A DNA stretch of 64,000 nt from Vulcanimicrobiota bacterium (GTDB lineage: Bacteria > Vulcanimicrobiota > Vulcanimicrobiia > Eremiobacterales > Eremiobacteraceae). Shown here piece by piece: positions 59,585 to 64,000 of this stretch. The stretch covers positions 288,001-352,000 of the forward strand of contig CAWDVP010000001.1 of NCBI GenBank assembly GCA_963805945.1. The letters are read 5' to 3'. How positions within the stretch are numbered: the first letter of the stretch is position 1; each line of letters opens with the position of its first letter. The translations under genes were made by a program, and so were the position numbers. Below the pieces are notes generated by a model. That model did not search any database. It had not been told where the DNA came from and was given only the letters and a program-made list of their open reading frames with translations.

Positions 59585-60865
59585 ATGGATGTCACCGCTA
59601 CCACCGGCGTGTCGCCGACTCTCAATCGCGTGGTGTTCGGCGTGTATCGCGACGGCGACAACAACCTCGACGCGGTCCAAGAGCGCAACGTTACCGATTT
59701 CGTGCATGAGACTCGCCAGGACCGCGCGCTCAAAGTGGTCGCTGAGGACACGACGGGTGTGCCGCATGCCCCCTTCCGCAAAGGAGACGTTCGTACGGAG
59801 TGGTCGGTGATCGAGGGCGGCAAGCAGCACGTCGTGCGCATCGAATCGGCGAGGGATATGAGCAGCCGTGGCACGCTTGCGGCCTTCGTCACGCGCACCC
59901 TGGAAGAGCGCGCCTCCGATCCGAGCTTCAGAGGCGCAGACGTGTGGCTCGATCTGGTCGATCACGGCGCCGGCGACGGCGGCGGGCTGGAAAGCGATTC
60001 CAACGGCGGCGCATGCATGCCGATGGAAGATATCGCCGGAGCGATCGCGGACGGCCGCAAGCAGTTCCTCCAGAAACATCCCGGTGCAGATGGTTCGATC
60101 TCCGGGGTCGTCGCCAATCAATGCCTTATGGCGACGCTCGGCTTCGCCGATGCGCTGTCACGCAGCGGCGTACGCTACCTTGCGGCGTCCCCCGAGACGA
60201 TGATCGCCCCCGGTGCTCCGTCTGCCAATATCGCGCACGCGCTCACTCAAGGGGGCGATTGGCCGGCGCAGGTGGTCGACGCGACGATGCGCGCTCGCTA
60301 CGGGCCAAGCGGCGACTCATATCATCCCGCCGCAGCCTTCGATGTCTTCGACCTCGACCCGGGCAAGGTCGCGACGATGCGGACGGCGGTGACAAGATTC
60401 AACGACTCGGTGGTCGGGCTTCGCGGCGCCGACAATGGCGCCGAGCTGTTGCGAGACGTTCGTTCCGATATCCGCTCGACGCCCGGTATGGCGCGCTTCG
60501 ATCATAGCGCCGACATGGTGTATCACGCGGATCGCCCAGTTGAGGCCGTCTACGCGAAGATCGCGTCCGACGGACGTCTACCGGGATCGGTGCGGGATGC
60601 GGCTTCGAAGGCACGGAGCGCGGTCGGTGCTCTTGTGCTGGCTCATGCCGAATCCGATTGGTGCGAGCCTTTGCATGCGTCGTACGCGGACGCGGCGGGG
60701 CCTACCGCGCATCTGCCACTGAATCCGGGTCAGTACGATCCTTGGGTGGCCGGCGGTGTCACCGAAACACGCAACGATTTCTTCCGTGCGGTGCACGGCC
60801 CCGAGCTCGCCCGTGCATTGGGGGCGTATAGCGCTGCGGATGCCCGTGCGGTGATGGTCGCCTGA
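59585..60865 (+). CDS. Clostripain-like (clan CD, C11) cysteine peptidase, no obvious signal peptide
   Basis: Y.DGDNNL, DHGAG (catalytic His), QCLMA (catalytic Cys), ASPET; GGAGG RBS. Confidence 0.8.
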   Translation: MDVTATTGVSPTLNRVVFGVYRDGDNNLDAVQERNVTDFVHETRQDRALKVVAEDTTGVPHAPFRKGDVRTEWSVIEGGKQHVVRIESARDMSSRGTLAAFVTRTLEERASDPSFRGADVWLDLVDHGAGDGGGLESDSNGGACMPMEDIAGAIADGRKQFLQKHPGADGSISGVVANQCLMATLGFADALSRSGVRYLAASPETMIAPGAPSANIAHALTQGGDWPAQVVDATMRARYGPSGDSYHPAAAFDVFDLDPGKVATMRTAVTRFNDSVVGLRGADNGAELLRDVRSDIRSTPGMARFDHSADMVYHADRPVEAVYAKIASDGRLPGSVRDAASKARSAVGALVLAHAESDWCEPLHASYADAAGPTAHLPLNPGQYDPWVAGGVTETRNDFFRAVHGPELARALGAYSAADARAVMVA

Positions 60866-60878
60866 TCTATTTCGATAA

Positions 60879-60922
60879 TTGACAGGAGAGTTCAGAGTGT
60901 ATGTACAATGTTTGTACATACA
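60879..60922 (+). promoter_or_regulatory. TA promoter with perfect operator palindrome
   Basis: TTGACA..TACAAT; TGTATGTACAA-TGT-TTGTACATACA. Confidence 0.75.
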
Positions 60923-60924
60923 TT

Positions 60925-61236
60925 ATGGCGAGACGACGGAAGAGCACCATGGCACACCAGCACAGTCAGTCAAGGACGAATAGCGTAACTTTTCGCATTC
61001 GGCCCAGCGATAAGAACTTGCTTGAAGAGGCTGCGGCGCGGACGGGTTCGGATATGACGAGCTTCGTGTTGGGGACCGCGCTGCAGCGCGCTAAGGAAAT
61101 CGCTGAGCGGGAAGACGTCACGGTGCTCACCGGCGCCGCGCGCGAGCGCTTCATCGCGCTGCTGCGAAACCCGCCGGCGCCGTCGAGACGATTCATCGAA
61201 AACATGCGTGACCGGCGACATCGGGTCGTCGACTAG
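60925..61236 (+). CDS. DUF1778 (TacA-like) RHH antitoxin
   Basis: FRI...K.LLE.AA...G..MTSFV...AL.RA, F..LL.NPP.P. Confidence 0.88.
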   Translation: MARRRKSTMAHQHSQSRTNSVTFRIRPSDKNLLEEAAARTGSDMTSFVLGTALQRAKEIAEREDVTVLTGAARERFIALLRNPPAPSRRFIENMRDRRHRVVD

Positions 61237-61764
61237 TTGCGGCTTCGCCTTGAGCCGCTCGGCTCACAACACGACCGGGCGGCTTTCTCATGCGGCCAAC
61301 CGAGCGTCGATGAGTTCCTGAAGCGATCCGCGGGCCAGCGACAACGGCGCAGAATCGCCAACACCATGGTCGCCGTCGATCCTGGTGGAGATCCGACGCG
61401 TGTCGTCGGTTTCTACACCCTGGTCCCCCACGAGTTCCGTGGGGAAGAACTTCCCGACGTGTATCGCAAGCGCAGCCGCATCGGCTCTCTACGCGCCGTG
61501 CCGGGCGCCCTCTTGGCCCAATTGGGCGTCAGCCTCGTATATCACGGCCAAGGCATCGGCAAGACGCTTGTGGCACACGCCCTCACAAGATGTGTGAGCC
61601 TTGCGGAGGGATGGGGATGCGTCGCCGTGGTCGCCGATCCGCTTGATGAACGCGCGGCACGTCTCTATGCTGGTTTTGACTTTGCATCGCTCGGAGACGG
61701 CTCGCGACGTATGATCCTCACGGTGGGGCAGATCATCAACGCGGTCGCGGCCGCGAAGCGATGA
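61237..61764 (+). CDS. GNAT toxin (TacT/AtaT-like)
   Basis: HDR..FSCG...VD.FL...A, VGFYTL, VP..LL.QLGV....GQG.G. Confidence 0.85.
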   Translation: MRLRLEPLGSQHDRAAFSCGQPSVDEFLKRSAGQRQRRRIANTMVAVDPGGDPTRVVGFYTLVPHEFRGEELPDVYRKRSRIGSLRAVPGALLAQLGVSLVYHGQGIGKTLVAHALTRCVSLAEGWGCVAVVADPLDERAARLYAGFDFASLGDGSRRMILTVGQIINAVAAAKR

Positions 61765-61788
61765 CCCCATTGCGGTAAGCGTTCAGTC

Positions 61789-62703
61789 CTAGGGCCTCGT
61801 CACACGGTAGATCACAAACGCGCCCGCCACGCGGACATGATAGTAGAGCGAGCGCTCGTCGGGCGACAACGCGGGTGCCTCGACAACATCGCCGGCCGCC
61901 GCGCTGACCGGCTGCGGGACTCCGAACGGCTCGTCTATGTTCGCGCGACTAGCGCGATAGATCCGCGGCTGGAGACCTCGCAAGCTGGTGAAGAATAGCT
62001 CGAGCCCGCTTTTGGAGATGCAGGGCGCATACACGAGCGTCAGCGCATTGACGTTCTGCATGAGTGCGGCGCTGTTCGGCAGGCGTCTGAACACGTCGCC
62101 TTGTACGCGCCACGCGATCGCGATCTCGGCCGAACGCGGGATCGGGCCGCCGTTGTAGACACCGTCGACGAAGTACAGCGTCGTGCCATCGGGACTGATC
62201 GCGCCATCAAAATTGACGGCGCCGGGCCGATGCTTTGAGACACCCTCCACAAGTCGTACGTCCGAAACACTTCCGTTCGAGAAGTGCCCTACGGAAAGCG
62301 TCGACAGCGTTTCCGAGTAGCTCCGAGTCGAGACGAAATAGAACTCGCCATTTCGATCCATCGATGCCACCGCGGCAACGCTGCCCGGAGCGTTGAGCCC
62401 ACCGATCGTCCCCATGTGCTTGAATGTCACGTCGTCGACCCGCTCGGCGTAGTGCAGTTCCGTCGTCGGAGCCTCATTGGACGAGTTGAAGAACAGGTAG
62501 CGCCCGTCGGGCGAGATGAACGGCTCCATGGCATTCCCTGTGTAGCCTACGATCTTGACCCATTGGGGGTGGCCGAAAGTTGTGTAGGGATCGCCGACTG
62601 GGGCGCGATGGGTGCTACAGGCCACCAGACCGATTGCGACGATCGCTGTAGCGACGCCCAGATATGGATAGCGAGCGCGCCGGCAAATCTCTGCACCGAT
62701 CAT
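61789..62703 (-). CDS. TolB/PD40-like beta-propeller lipoprotein
   Basis: LVAC lipobox, repeated P.ISPDG..L.F motifs. Confidence 0.78.
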   Translation of the reverse strand: MIGAEICRRARYPYLGVATAIVAIGLVACSTHRAPVGDPYTTFGHPQWVKIVGYTGNAMEPFISPDGRYLFFNSSNEAPTTELHYAERVDDVTFKHMGTIGGLNAPGSVAAVASMDRNGEFYFVSTRSYSETLSTLSVGHFSNGSVSDVRLVEGVSKHRPGAVNFDGAISPDGTTLYFVDGVYNGGPIPRSAEIAIAWRVQGDVFRRLPNSAALMQNVNALTLVYAPCISKSGLELFFTSLRGLQPRIYRASRANIDEPFGVPQPVSAAAGDVVEAPALSPDERSLYYHVRVAGAFVIYRVTRP

Positions 62704-62716
62704 CGATCTGCCGTTC

Positions 62717-63205
62717 CTAGAACAACCCGAGGAACTTGATCCGTTCGGCGACGCGCGCCTCGCAACAGCGCTCGTAGAACTCGATCGGGCCAACGCGCGG
62801 GATCACCGCTCTCGCATATCCCAGTTCGTGGATCGAGGCGAGCGCGCGCCGAGCGAGTACGCAGCCGATGCGCTTGCCGCGCATGCTCTCTTCCACCCCC
62901 ATCGGGCCGAAGATGCCGACGTCGGGCTGTTCGAGCCAGCGCCGCAGCCACCAGAATCGGTAGCGTCGCTGCTCGTAGCTCGCGAAGCCCACGGTGTTGC
63001 CCGAAGCATCTTTGGCGAACCAGTTCCAACCCGCAGACGCCTCCTTCTCCCACATCCGGCTGAAATGCCGGTGCAGCCACTCGCGCTCTTCGGCCGTGAT
63101 GCCCTTTCGCTGGACGAGGCTGACGCCGGCTCGTGCCAATATCCCGCTTTCATCATCGGCTAGGGCGGCGCCGCCTGTGAGGTCGGCCACCATGTTGGTC
63201 ACCAT
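62717..63205 (-). CDS. GNAT N-acetyltransferase
   Basis: FGPMGV....RGK.IG, VGP..FYE. Confidence 0.8.
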   Translation of the reverse strand: MVTNMVADLTGGAALADDESGILARAGVSLVQRKGITAEEREWLHRHFSRMWEKEASAGWNWFAKDASGNTVGFASYEQRRYRFWWLRRWLEQPDVGIFGPMGVEESMRGKRIGCVLARRALASIHELGYARAVIPRVGPIEFYERCCEARVAERIKFLGLF

Positions 63206-63220
63206 CGTCGCGGCGTGCGC

Positions 63221-64000
63221 CTACTTCTCGGGCTCGAGGTGGATGAGCACGTGCGCGCGCGGCATAACCCGTTTTATATCGAGCACGATCGTGTCCGACA
63301 GGTCGTGCGCCTGCTTCAGCGGCAGGCCGCCAGGCATCTGGAGATGGAAATCGACGAACTCGCCGCCGCCCGAACGGCGCGTGCGCAGCTTGTGATAGCT
63401 GGCGAAGATGTCTTTGTGACGCTCGATGATCTCGCGGATGAGCTCTTCATCCTCAGGCGGCAGGCGCTGGTCCGTCAATTCGACGAACGCGCGCGCCGTC
63501 AGGTCGTAGGCCGAGTGCGCGATCACGCCGGCGATGACGAGCGAGACGATCGGGTCGAGGATCGTGAGATGCGTGATCTTGATCGCGATGAGCGTCAGCG
63601 CGACGCCGCCCGCCGTCCACACATCCGCACGCAGTTCGGTCGCCTGGGCGGCGATCGCCGGGGAACGCTCGATTTGCGCCACCGCGGCGAGCCGCGCCGA
63701 TACGAAAAGATTGATGACTCCCGACGCAAGCATCACGGCGATGCCGAGGTCGAGATGCTGGACCTGCGCGCCGCTGCGCAGACGTGAGATCGCCTCGAGC
63801 ACGATGAGCGCAGCGATGCCGAGGATGAAGACCGCTTGCAGCGCCGCGCTGATGTTCTCGTATTTGCCATGGCCGTAGGCGTGGTCGTGGTCCGCCGGCC
63901 GCGCGGCCGCGCGCACCGAGAAGAACTGCACGACCGTCATGAAGAGGTCGGATGCCGAATGCACCGCCTCGGATAGCACCGAGACCGATCCCGACACGCT
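63221..64000 (-). CDS. Cation diffusion facilitator (FieF-like), 5' truncated by window
   Basis: EA.HS.SD, D.DH.YGHGK.E, LRTR.SG, HLEP. Confidence 0.92.
   Translation of the reverse strand, partial: SVSGSVSVLSEAVHSASDLFMTVVQFFSVRAAARPADHDHAYGHGKYENISAALQAVFILGIAALIVLEAISRLRSGAQVQHLDLGIAVMLASGVINLFVSARLAAVAQIERSPAIAAQATELRADVWTAGGVALTLIAIKITHLTILDPIVSLVIAGVIAHSAYDLTARAFVELTDQRLPPEDEELIREIIERHKDIFASYHKLRTRRSGGGEFVDFHLQMPGGLPLKQAHDLSDTIVLDIKRVMPRAHVLIHLEPEK

Overview
High-GC bacterial chromosomal segment made up mostly of housekeeping and accessory genes. It contains the end of a type-E (HdrB-anchored) succinate dehydrogenase operon, a MalT-like regulator, PilZ and GGDEF-EAL c-di-GMP proteins, several ABC/MFS transporters, amtB, serA plus a histidine phosphatase, BlaI/BlaR1, metY-SBP-SBP-ltaE-DUF885, tRNA-Thr(CGT), rpsF-ssb-rpsR-rplI-dnaB, apt-rimJ-relA-dtd-alr, a clostripain-family protease and a TacA/TacT-type toxin-antitoxin pair. 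I saw no CRISPR array, prophage, integrase or transposase. The features the gene list does not explain are non-coding. About 14 copies of three REP-like palindrome families are present, and one inverted pair brackets a Uma2 nuclease gene. Several long structured 5' leaders occur before the zinc-ribbon, PilZ, metY and clostripain genes. There is also a degenerate DnaA-box cluster before dnaB, an unlisted 30-codon membrane ORF and a possible ATC start codon. At least six genes, including relA, carry single-base frameshifts that most likely reflect sequencing or assembly indels. I cannot establish a new biological system from sequence alone; the best candidates are the structured leaders, the REP-bracketed Uma2 cassette and the output-less PDZ-TM-GAF receptor. 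All family assignments come from motif recognition by eye, not database searches.
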